Shown here one piece after another: positions 30,033-39,500 of a stretch of 64,000 nt of DNA; within the stretch, counting starts at the first letter, position 1, and every line of letters begins with the position of its first letter. The notes beneath the pieces are model-generated. The model was not told where the DNA came from and did no database searches. It was given only the letters and a program-made list of their open reading frames with translations. The stretch is from Candidatus Helarchaeota archaeon (lineage in GTDB: Archaea; Asgardarchaeota; Lokiarchaeia; Helarchaeales; RDOG01), in the NCBI GenBank assembly GCA_019058315.1, contig JAHPZH010000005.1, forward strand, positions 256,001-320,000, given 5' to 3'. The position numbers and the translations under genes are program-made.

Positions 30033-30164
30033 TTATACACTTGCTATACTATTTATCTCTACTAACTTTTTTTGATTATTTTTTAATTTACATTTATCGC
30101 ATTCCTTAACGAAGTTAAATTTCCGTTTTAATCCAAATTCTTCTCCACAGGTTAAACAAATCAA
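30033..30164 (-). CDS. Unannotated 43-aa CxxC...CxxC zinc-finger microprotein (MICLTCGEEFGLKRKFNFVKECDKCKLKNNQKKLVEINSIASV)
   Basis: TTG start with AGGAGA SD upstream; CLTCG and CDKC; T-rich terminator-like run downstream at about 29957-29964. Confidence 0.65.
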   Translation of the reverse strand: MICLTCGEEFGLKRKFNFVKECDKCKLKNNQKKLVEINSIASV

Positions 30165-30338
30165 AATATCGTTCTCCTATTTTTGTCGGATTAGACAATA
30201 GGATTTCTAATTGTAAGAATTGTATGAACTTCAAAATAAATCTCCCCTTTTTTTGTCGAGACCGACAAAAATATATTCTAAAATTAAATATTTCTTTAAT
30301 ACCAAAATAAGAAATTCGGTTTTTTGTCGAATTAACAA
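30162..30338. repeat. Three degenerate units with 70/71-bp period, each carrying CAAAATA...TTTTGTCG...ACAA
   Basis: TGTCG at 30184, 30254 and 30325; CAAAATA at 30162, 30232 and 30303; perfect palindrome at 30250-30271. Confidence 0.65.
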
Positions 30339-30411
30339 TTTTAGATAATAGGAAAGTCCATGTCCTTAACGCTCATTTAATCAATTGAATAGATGAATTA
30401 TTGATGATTAA

Positions 30412-30675
30412 TTAATTAATATTTTGTTTTGCTTTCTCTAATTTATCACAAGGCAAACAAGGACATTTTTTATTACGAACCGCCCGTTTGCAAACAAAAG
30501 GATACCCTTTACCATTCTTTATAATTTCTTCACATAATCTTATTTCATCTTCAGTCAAAGGTTGGGCATTTTTTTCCATTATATTCGGAAGTATATACGT
30601 TATAAAGATAATTATTACTATAATTACAGCGATAATAATTCCAATTATTATTAAAATAATCCAAAGGTCAGACAT
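30412..30675 (-). CDS. Small membrane-anchored Cys-rich protein
   Basis: N-terminal TM then C...C...CPCLPC; GGTGAGG SD. Confidence 0.75.
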   Translation of the reverse strand: MSDLWIILIIIGIIIAVIIVIIIFITYILPNIMEKNAQPLTEDEIRLCEEIIKNGKGYPFVCKRAVRNKKCPCLPCDKLEKAKQNIN

Positions 30676-30772
30676 TATATCCTCACCATTAAAAATTGAA
30701 TATATATGCTTTAAAAGTCTTTAGTTCAAGTTTAAGGTTCTGGTTGAAAAAATTCGATCTTTTATCACTTAT

Positions 30773-32983
30773 TCAAATCATATCAACCTTATACGGAACT
30801 AAGTTTCGAAATGCTCTCTTCAGTAATTTAGTGTACTCTTCCACATCACATCGACTGGAGTGTTTAAGTAAGTGGGATACAAGCACGCGATTTATTGGAG
30901 TTTTCGAATTTGCGTTGGTTATGATATATCTTACTTTTTGTCCAGGGTGAATTTCAATTCCTAGATTGGTGAGCTGCTTCGCAGCAATAGCTTGCCGTGA
31001 GTTGTTCTTATATTGATGCGGGTATCTAGTGATACGGGTGGTAATCAACAGATCTTCAGGGTTATAATCTCTATTTCGTATCTTATCAATATATTTTTTT
31101 AAAACCTTGTTGTAGACTTTCGGAACTAGTTGCTTAAATTCGAAACTGTTATTCGCGTGTTTTGCAAAATAGTCAATCATCTCACTCTGTGCGTCTTTCA
31201 CTATCTTAGGAGCATCATGTCTCCTCAGTTCTATACCCCTCACTTTCATCTTTCCGTTTTTGAACACACCATAGTAATGATTTAGAGTCCCAATTTCGGG
31301 ATTGGCTTGAGTTGGAAGGAAAACAATGAACTTGTAGCAACCATCATAATCCATAGGAATTTTGGTTTCCTGTTCTATTTCCTCACAATACTCTACATAT
31401 TTATCAATTGAATTATCAGTATATTCATCCTCATCCTGTAGCCAGAGTGAGTCCACAATACCATGGAGCACGTGAAGCTTTTTTTTGCGTGCAATTTCCG
31501 CAGCTCGTAAGAGGAGCTCCCGAGAATAAGCCGTTACTGCTTGATGCCCTTCCACACGTCCAAATCGAGCATTTCGGAACCCCATATAGCCAAAACACAC
31601 GACTAATATCCATTTTAGTGCACGCTGCCTCTTGGCATACACCTCGCTATTTGGGTTTTTTGCTTTGATTAGACGCTTGTATTGGAGTCTTTTCTCTAAT
31701 ACTGTTTTTAAGGAAATCGGTACGATACCCACACGCTTCTCACAAATTCGAAACTTGATTTGAGGCACAATTCTTGATGAATTTGGACAACATTTACAAA
31801 GAAGAGTCTCTGGTGAAATGTTATATTCTTTCATTAACGTTGGATACATACTTGTGAAGTCAAATTCATGGACATCATCAAAAATGCCGATTTTCGGTTC
31901 AAAGATAAAACCACCCTTGTCTGCTTCTAGTAGTGTGAGTGCAGGTTTGAAGCATTCTGCATTTCTTTTTACGGGAGGGATGAGTATATCGTTCTTTATT
32001 GCATTGTACATTTGAATCGCTTGAAGTGCACCCCCGATTGTTATCCTTGTGAGACGCTGTATGGGAATAAAGGAGACTCTTGCAACCTCTATGATCCCTT
32101 CTAGTCCTCCGCTCCAAAAATGACCAGCAACCTTATCCAGATGAAGCCTTCCTGTCAAATAAAACTGGGAAGGAGCCCTGTAATAGACTATTCCATAGGA
32201 AAAGTAATGGGAATCTCCACTCAAGATCATCTGGCATTTTTCTAATGAGTAATTGTTTCGTGAAAGGGTCAGAGACCCGTTCAATCCATGATATGACGCC
32301 CGTGCCACAAGATAAGGAAATAAGAAATTGTCTCCAGAATTGGAATAAATAATATCAGGGTCGAGTTTTCGAACTGTATCTGATAGAGCAATCAATTTAT
32401 CGACTTCGGTGGCTCCATCAATCGTGATATCTTCTTCGTTGAGGGTTACTTTTAGCTTTCGGATGGGGTCGTTCAAACTTGGAACTATGTAACTGGCACC
32501 AATATCCGCGTCGAGATGTAAAATACGAAAATCTGGCAAAGTATAATCAATTTGATCTTGCGAATCTGCCAGCTTGAGATTTAAATGCCCATTTTTTTTG
32601 GTATAATCGCCAAATGCAAGCGGAAAAAGATTGTTGTCATATAAAAACATCTGAGAAAGTGGAATATCTATGTTAAATACTGCACTGTTCTCAAGAGATA
32701 CAACATCCCTAACCGTTCTTTTAAAATCTCGCACATTTACCTTTACCTCTATCACTTTTTTCTTTCGCTTGTGATTTATGTTGACGTACTTGTCAAGGGT
32801 CTTTACATCTTCCACGCAATCATGATACCTTAATGCTCTTTTTAACTCGTATAAATTCTTGGAATACACATAAAATCTTGGATAATAATCAACGTGCATT
32901 TTCTCTACTTGACCGTTCGGTTTCTTCAACCAAAGCGCTATTCCTCGATTTTCCACGTTCAGATCCAACAACCATGCTTTCAA
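30773..32983 (-). CDS. polB2: Family B DNA polymerase, PolB2/Dpo2 group
   Basis: Motif A DFTSMYP, motif B QRALKWILVVCFGY, altered motif C HGIVDS, KVRGIELRR, and a degenerate exonuclease domain. Confidence 0.92.
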   Translation of the reverse strand: MKAWLLDLNVENRGIALWLKKPNGQVEKMHVDYYPRFYVYSKNLYELKRALRYHDCVEDVKTLDKYVNINHKRKKKVIEVKVNVRDFKRTVRDVVSLENSAVFNIDIPLSQMFLYDNNLFPLAFGDYTKKNGHLNLKLADSQDQIDYTLPDFRILHLDADIGASYIVPSLNDPIRKLKVTLNEEDITIDGATEVDKLIALSDTVRKLDPDIIYSNSGDNFLFPYLVARASYHGLNGSLTLSRNNYSLEKCQMILSGDSHYFSYGIVYYRAPSQFYLTGRLHLDKVAGHFWSGGLEGIIEVARVSFIPIQRLTRITIGGALQAIQMYNAIKNDILIPPVKRNAECFKPALTLLEADKGGFIFEPKIGIFDDVHEFDFTSMYPTLMKEYNISPETLLCKCCPNSSRIVPQIKFRICEKRVGIVPISLKTVLEKRLQYKRLIKAKNPNSEVYAKRQRALKWILVVCFGYMGFRNARFGRVEGHQAVTAYSRELLLRAAEIARKKKLHVLHGIVDSLWLQDEDEYTDNSIDKYVEYCEEIEQETKIPMDYDGCYKFIVFLPTQANPEIGTLNHYYGVFKNGKMKVRGIELRRHDAPKIVKDAQSEMIDYFAKHANNSFEFKQLVPKVYNKVLKKYIDKIRNRDYNPEDLLITTRITRYPHQYKNNSRQAIAAKQLTNLGIEIHPGQKVRYIITNANSKTPINRVLVSHLLKHSSRCDVEEYTKLLKRAFRNLVPYKVDMI

Positions 32984-33047
32984 TCTTGGAGCCTCTTATG
33001 TTCGCTTCTCATTGATCAAAAGATCATAATCTCTTAAAATTAGAAAC

Positions 33048-33084
33048 GGAGGGAGAGATAACTGAAAGAAAGTTAATTTGTCGG
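33048..33084. promoter_or_regulatory. Composite element upstream of polB2: GGAGGGAGA...TGAAAG...TTTGTCGG (as read on +)
   Basis: Same three blocks in the same order at 54393-54434, upstream of the RadA paralog. Confidence 0.55.
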
Positions 33085-33193
33085 TTTGCTTTTTGATTAA
33101 AATATTGAAAAATAGAATAAGTTTAAGGAGAATTTTTTCCCAGTTAAATTGTCAATTATACTATTAGAATTCAATTTTAAAGGATTGATTAAC

Positions 33194-33694
33194 ATGACAG
33201 ATATTGAAGAAGTAGATAAAAGATTTGAGTCAAAAATTAAAGAATTAAAAGAGATTCTACCAGAACATTATAAGAAAGATATGAGCTCACCGAGAAATTG
33301 CGCTGCTTGGACTGTTGCAAGTATTTTAGATATTTTAGGAATTGATAACCTTAACATTATTAACATGGCTACACCCTTAGCCGTAGTTGGTGGAAATTGT
33401 GGCGCATTGGAAGGCGGCTTAATGATGGTGGGCTTAATTCTCGGGAAAAAAGGAAAAAAACCCTTTAATCATTTGGTTGCAACTATAGAAGGATTAAAAT
33501 TTGTGAAAGCATTTGAAAAAGAGTTTGGTTCAATTAAATGTAAAGATTTAACCGGTCTTGATTTATTGACTGAAGAGGGACAAAAAGCTTATGTTAATGA
33601 AAATATCTGGGAACAAAAATGCTATAAACATGTTATTGGTGCAGTAAAGACCATTAGAGATTTATATAAACGAAAAATTGCTAAAATAATTTAA
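33194..33694 (+). CDS. C_GCAxxG_C_C family putative redox protein
   Basis: NCA, CGALEG, FGSIKCKDLTG and KC; start ATG 33194. Confidence 0.85.
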   Translation: MTDIEEVDKRFESKIKELKEILPEHYKKDMSSPRNCAAWTVASILDILGIDNLNIINMATPLAVVGGNCGALEGGLMMVGLILGKKGKKPFNHLVATIEGLKFVKAFEKEFGSIKCKDLTGLDLLTEEGQKAYVNENIWEQKCYKHVIGAVKTIRDLYKRKIAKII

Positions 33695-33766
33695 TAAGAT
33701 TATTATTAAATACAAATTTTCAATTATTTATTTAAAAATTTAATAGACTTTAATGGACGAATAATT

Positions 33767-34285
33767 TTGGTCACAGTTGAGGAAGTAGAGAGACATTTTG
33801 AACTAAAAATTAAAGAATTAAAAGAAAATTTACCTTTGAAATATAAAAAGGAAAAAATTCAACCCCGAAATTGTGCTGCTTGGACTATGGCTAGTTTATT
33901 AGATATTCTGAACATTGAAGATACCAAAATTAATACTAATTTTATAAATATGGCATCCCCTTTAGCTGGAATTACTAGAATTTGTGGGGCTATTGGGGCT
34001 GGATTAATGATTATAGGATTAATTGTAGGAGAGAGGGGAGAAAGAGAAATTCCTCAATGGACAGCGGCAGCCGAGGGGATGAAGTTTGTAAGGCGTTTTG
34101 AAAAAAAATTTGAATCAATACAATGTCCTGTTCTAACAGGTCATGATTTACTAACATCAGAGGGAATGAAAGCATATATAAAGGAAGATGTTTGGGGAAA
34201 AAAGTGCTACTTGCATGTAACAAACGCAATTGAAATAATCGGTAGATTATATAAAAAAAAGATTGTAAATATCATTAAAATTTAA
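33767..34285 (+). CDS. C_GCAxxG_C_C family putative redox protein (tandem paralog)
   Basis: NCA, CGAIGA, IQCPVLTG and KC. Confidence 0.85.
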   Translation: MVTVEEVERHFELKIKELKENLPLKYKKEKIQPRNCAAWTMASLLDILNIEDTKINTNFINMASPLAGITRICGAIGAGLMIIGLIVGERGEREIPQWTAAAEGMKFVRRFEKKFESIQCPVLTGHDLLTSEGMKAYIKEDVWGKKCYLHVTNAIEIIGRLYKKKIVNIIKI

Positions 34286-34929
34286 TCTTTAGATTCTAAC
34301 TTTTTAGCTTCCTTTTCGGCTTCTATCTTTTTTGCCTCTTTCAATATTAGAATACCAATTATAGCACCTATGATGAATGGTATCGTTAATTGGAAAGGGA
34401 ATAGCCAAAAAGGCAGTAATAATGCGGGTGGGGGGTGTTGTTTATTTGGATCCCAAGTTCCTTGAATTACAGTTCTTAAATAGTAAGATATGGCAGCAGT
34501 TAACCAAGTATAAGCCCATGCTATAAATGTAGCAATACCTAACCATTTCGCTCGTTGTTTTCGATACAAATAAGATTTTTTGAAATAAGATAGATATGTT
34601 TTAAGTGTAATAATAACTACTACCGCAAAGGATGGCCAAACATGAATATTAAAAGACGGATCTTCTATTTCAAATGGTGGTGTACCAAATAATATCCCTC
34701 CAATAAAGCCCATCATTCCAGCCCACAGACCGAGATAGTATAGCGTCGTAGCAAAGCCACCAAATGCTCGATGTGATCTGAATATTACATCATTTAACTT
34801 TAAAAGAGCAAGTTTTTTCTTATGAAATCCAATCCAGTAACCAGTGAAGATTTGGACTGTTGCACAAAGGCAGCCTAGCAAGGTGACAATCGTATTATAC
34901 TCAGCTAATGCTATTGCCATAAAATACAC
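34282..34929 (-). CDS. Membrane protein, possibly heme-b binding (cytochrome b561/DUF6529-like)
   Basis: About 5 TM with His at helix starts (FRSHRAFG, FNIHVWP). Confidence 0.55.
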   Translation of the reverse strand: MYFMAIALAEYNTIVTLLGCLCATVQIFTGYWIGFHKKKLALLKLNDVIFRSHRAFGGFATTLYYLGLWAGMMGFIGGILFGTPPFEIEDPSFNIHVWPSFAVVVIITLKTYLSYFKKSYLYRKQRAKWLGIATFIAWAYTWLTAAISYYLRTVIQGTWDPNKQHPPPALLLPFWLFPFQLTIPFIIGAIIGILILKEAKKIEAEKEAKKLESKD

Positions 34930-35059
34930 CTCTTAAAATATTTACAATTTTTCCCGGTTTATTGACACTTAACATAAGTAATTTTAAAATTTAATATTAT
35001 TTTTATTAATTTTATAAATAAAAAAATTTTTTGGACATTCTAATTCATTTTTTCTATTT

Positions 35060-35800
35060 TTAAAGAATCCATCCAAGAAAAATAAAACCTGTCGCAACCG
35101 TAACCCAGATATACCAAAAGCTAATACGAGGCCAAGGTCTATTCTTGATATTATAACCCATTTTAAATTGTTCATATCCAAAAAGTATCGCTAATATGAT
35201 TAAATTAATATCAAATACATAAGTCACCAATTCTCTTCTTTCAGGAGGTAAATAAGTCAAAAAGGCCAGATTTTGACCTAACCATGTTCCTATATGATCT
35301 AATTGAGCTTCAAATGGAAGACGAACAAAGAAAAATAAAAGCCCCATATGAGCAACTAAAATCCAAGAAAAAATCATAGAATGCATAATTACCCACTGCC
35401 AAGTACGTTTGGAAATACGTTCTTCAAAAAATAATCTACCTGATCTCCGCTCTATAAAAACAACAACAGCCCAAATTGAAAAAATTATTACGGTTAAAAT
35501 TGCCATTAATAATGTATTTACCAATCCACTAGCAGTTAACGGCATCATGAAGGATTGTATGAGAGAAATTATTCTACTGGTTATCGATTTATGATGAAAT
35601 GATGCACCTATTGTTATTATAATAATTGCATAAGCCCAGTTATGGGCCCACCTGGGGTCTTCTGCGAAGGCTCCTAATGCAAAGGGCATAAGCCAGAATA
35701 TTAAATATATTAATCCTAATAAAAAAAATCCAAAACCGGGACCAACTTGATATTTATTTGGTCTCCCCATTTCAATATCTTCTGAAGACAAATTAATCAC
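35060..35800 (-). CDS. Hypothetical multi-pass membrane protein
   Basis: About 7 TM; several membrane-proximal His (WAHNWAY, MHS, AHMG). Confidence 0.75.
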   Translation of the reverse strand: MINLSSEDIEMGRPNKYQVGPGFGFFLLGLIYLIFWLMPFALGAFAEDPRWAHNWAYAIIIITIGASFHHKSITSRIISLIQSFMMPLTASGLVNTLLMAILTVIIFSIWAVVVFIERRSGRLFFEERISKRTWQWVIMHSMIFSWILVAHMGLLFFFVRLPFEAQLDHIGTWLGQNLAFLTYLPPERRELVTYVFDINLIILAILFGYEQFKMGYNIKNRPWPRISFWYIWVTVATGFIFLGWIL

Positions 35801-35851
35801 CCATAAAATAAAAAGAGTCTTCTCTTTCGAATTTTTGATTCTTTTGGTATA

Positions 35852-35880
35852 AAGGAAAGTTAATTTATTAGACTTTCTTT
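35852..35880. promoter_or_regulatory. Inverted repeat between divergent genes (AAGGAAAGTTAAT-TT-ATTAGACTTTCTTT)
   Basis: GAAAGT/ACTTTC and TAAT/ATTA arms. Confidence 0.4.
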
Positions 35881-35962
35881 CATATTTTTTTGAACTTTAT
35901 ATTTTTTTATGATAAATTTAAGGATTATATATTCAATTAAAACATGACTAGAAATCTAAAAT

Positions 35963-36475
35963 GTGAAGAAAGTGGAAAAAAATAATAAAGAAATTTTAGA
36001 AAAAGCATTTAAATTAGGTCAAAAATACGAAAAAAGAAATACTGGATGTGCTCAAACAGCTATTGCAGCAATATTTGATGCTTTAGATATTTGGAATGAT
36101 GATGTATTTAAAGCTGCAAGCGGACTAGCTGATGGTTTAGGATTAACAGGAGATGGAAGCTGTGGTGCACTTGTAGGAGCTTCCATGGTAATTGGTTATT
36201 TATTCGGTAGGGAGAAAAAAGATTTTAACAATCCAATGAAACCTATGAAGTCTTATGAACTGGTTAAAAAATTACATGACCAATATGTAGAAAAATATGG
36301 CACATGTCGCTGTTATGATGTTCAAAAATCTCTTTGCGGAAGAACATTCGATTTATGGGATCCTAAACAAATGCAAGAAGCTTTTCAGTCAGGAATGTTA
36401 GAACATTGTTCCAAACTTGTTGGTACTATTGCACAAATGGCTACAAAAATAATTTTAGAAGAAAAAAAGAGTTAA
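35963..36475 (+). CDS. C_GCAxxG_C_C family putative redox protein
   Basis: GCAQ, GSCGALVGA, YGTCRC and HC. Confidence 0.9.
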   Translation: MKKVEKNNKEILEKAFKLGQKYEKRNTGCAQTAIAAIFDALDIWNDDVFKAASGLADGLGLTGDGSCGALVGASMVIGYLFGREKKDFNNPMKPMKSYELVKKLHDQYVEKYGTCRCYDVQKSLCGRTFDLWDPKQMQEAFQSGMLEHCSKLVGTIAQMATKIILEEKKS

Positions 36476-36503
36476 TATTTTAAGGATTTTTTTCCGACCT
36501 ATC

Positions 36504-39500
36504 TTACTCTTCTTCAATATTTTCCATTGCTTTTAGAAATTCTTCTCTCTCTTCAGGAGAGAGTCCAGCGAGTTCTTCCAGTATTACCAATTTTTCAATT
36601 TCTGGAATTTTTAAATCGAATATTCTGTCCATTTCGCTCTTGGATAAGATTGTAAATTCACCTTGGAAATATTCCTTAAGATAGGTCTGTTTAATTGATT
36701 TTATAGGCATTCTCCAATGAATTACATCCTTAATATCTTCATTTAAGGATTCACTACTTACTACACGTTTTGAAATTGATTTTTGCCTTTTTCTTAATAA
36801 AATAGCACTCGTGCTGATTCCAACACCTGCTGCTACTACCCCTATGATTATTATAATAATTATTATATTATCATAAGGAGGGAAGAATGGAGGAATCTTA
36901 AAGGGTCCATAAATTTTTATAGTAATATATAATGATTCACCAGTGTTATTTGCTTCATCAACTGGTCTTATTTCATAACTGTATTTTCCAGATGTTAAAT
37001 TTATAAGATCTGAGTAAAAATTCGATGTTGTATTTCCTAAACATTGTCCATTACGCCAGATTTGGTAATAAACAGTGCTATAATCAAAAGATGCTGTCCA
37101 TGAAATTGTTACATTACCTTGTTGAATGATAATTCCAGGATTTAAAGGTTTTGTAGGTGGTGTATTGTCTTGGACCGTTATGGAAGAAAAGAAAAAAGGC
37201 CCCCAATTATTAAAAGTATCATTGGCAATAATTGTATAAGATATTACTCCAAAAGCACTTGGAGTCCAATTATATTCATAAGTATTTCCTCCAATGGGAA
37301 CCATAGTATCATTTACTCCTCCAATTTCTATTATAACCTTCGAAATACCATCGGCATCATAAGCATCAATCCGAATCGAAGCTTCTTGCCCCAATTCTAA
37401 AGGATCTGTAATTTCAGTCAAATTTTCAAGCCAAGGTTCAATTGTAATAATTATTGATACATTAATATCTCCACTAACCGAATTCCAATTATTTAGATTA
37501 TCAGACATGTATACAGTATAAGGATAAATACCAATAGCACTAGGCTGCCAATCAGTCCATCTCCAAGTATTTCCACTTATATAATTCATTGTGTGGTTTG
37601 ATCCTTCATATTCTAATAATACTTGATTTATTCCTGAAAGATCAGATACATTGATAGTTATAGTTTCATTTTGACCCAAATCCAAAGGATCTGCGCTTTC
37701 TGTTAAGTTGCCATAAGTTGGAGAAGTAGTATCAATAACTTCAATTGTAGCTCCTCGTGAGTTCCAATTATTTGCACCATCTTCAGCCCAAATGGTATAA
37801 GGATAGTTGCCTATACTATTGGGTGTCCAATTATCGTATCTCCAATAATTTCCACCAATATTGGTCATGGTATGGTTAGATCCTTCAAATTCAATTAAGA
37901 CTTGAATAATACTTGACAAATCATAAACAACAGCATCTATTATTTTAGGTTGACCTAATTCCAGCGGATATATGGATTCGAGTACCGAATACATTATTTC
38001 CTCATCTGTTCCCCATTCACCATTAGTGTAATCATGCCATACCACATGGATACTGCTATTATTATCAGAAGTAATGCTTGCTGCAATACTATGATCATTA
38101 TTCCATCCATAATAATCGGATATACAAATTACATTAGACCAACCCGCGGTTGTATAGCTAGCATACTTTATATGATCTGCTGGACCTCCAAAATTAATCG
38201 AATCCTCCCAAACTACGTGGATATTATCATTTTTATCCGTGATAATACTGGGTCTAAAACTCCAATAATCATTCAATCCATAAATATCTGAAATACAAGT
38301 TGCATTAGACCAACCCGCAGCTGTATAGTTTACATAAAAAATTTCTCTATCTGTTCCCCATTCACCATCAGTTTCATCATCCCAAACTACTTGTAGATTT
38401 CCAGTCTTATCAACAGTGATGCAAGGGAGAAAACTGTCACCATCATTCCAACCATAAATATCTGAAATGCAAGTTGCATTAGACCAGCCTGCTGCTGTAC
38501 AATTTGCATAAAATATTTCTCTATCTGTTCCCCATTCTCCGTATGTATAATCCATCCAGACCACGTGTACATTTCCATTAATATCAGTAGAGATTCTAGG
38601 ATAATAACTACTATTATCATTCCAACCATAATAATCGGATATACAAGTTACATTAGACCACCCAGTAGCAGTATAATTTACATACATTATTTCAACATCA
38701 GTTCCCCATTCACCATCGGTATCATCATACCAAACCACATGAACATTTCCATTATTATCCACAGCGATATCTGGGTTAAGACTATTATGTACATTCCATC
38801 CGGTATAGTCATCTGAAATCACAGTTGCATTAGACCACCCAGCAGCAGTATAATTTACATACATTATTTCTATATCATTTCCATATTCCCCATTGGTACT
38901 ATCATACCAAACAACATGTATATTTCCATTATTATCCACAGCAATTCTAGGCCTCCGACTTGAATCATCATTCCACCCTGTATAATCGTCTGAAATCACT
39001 GTTACATTAGACCATCCAGCAACAGTATAATTTACATACATTATTTCAACATCAGTTCCCCATTCACCATCTGTATTATCCTCCCAGACCACGTGTATAT
39101 TTCCATTATTATCAGTAGCTATGGCTGGGTACCAACTAGTCCAATCATTCCACCCCGAACTGTCATCTGAAATCACTGTTGCATTAGACCAATTCATAGT
39201 TAGATTAATTATTGATGGAGGAGTGGTGTCTACCACTGTCACCGTCACGTTGTCCGTTGCCCAGTTGCCCGCAGTGTCGTTCACGCTGCACCTATAATCG
39301 TATGTGCCGATTCCCAGTGCAGGAAGGGTATACGTTATATTGGTTCCGACAGACCAGGTGCCGTCAGCCAGATAAGTGCCAACAAGTGTGATATTATACT
39401 CGTTAGGTGATATATCATTCCACTCCCATTCCAAGGTATACCCCGCAACTGCTCCCAGCTCCAATGTAATATCCGGTGCCCCTGCCAAAAGAGTTGGAGG

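Noticed and set aside
30162-30338. CRISPR mini-array (70-bp period, palindromic core)
   Set aside because: Only three highly degenerate units, spacers that resemble each other, and no cas genes or leader. An operator triplication explains it better.
30773-32983. Viral or casposon polymerase marking a mobile element
   Set aside because: The motifs match cellular PolB2, and there is no integrase, Cas1, capsid gene or terminal repeat nearby.
37980-39197. Diversity-generating retroelement target
   Set aside because: No reverse transcriptase or non-coding template repeat is visible, and variation is spread over all blades.
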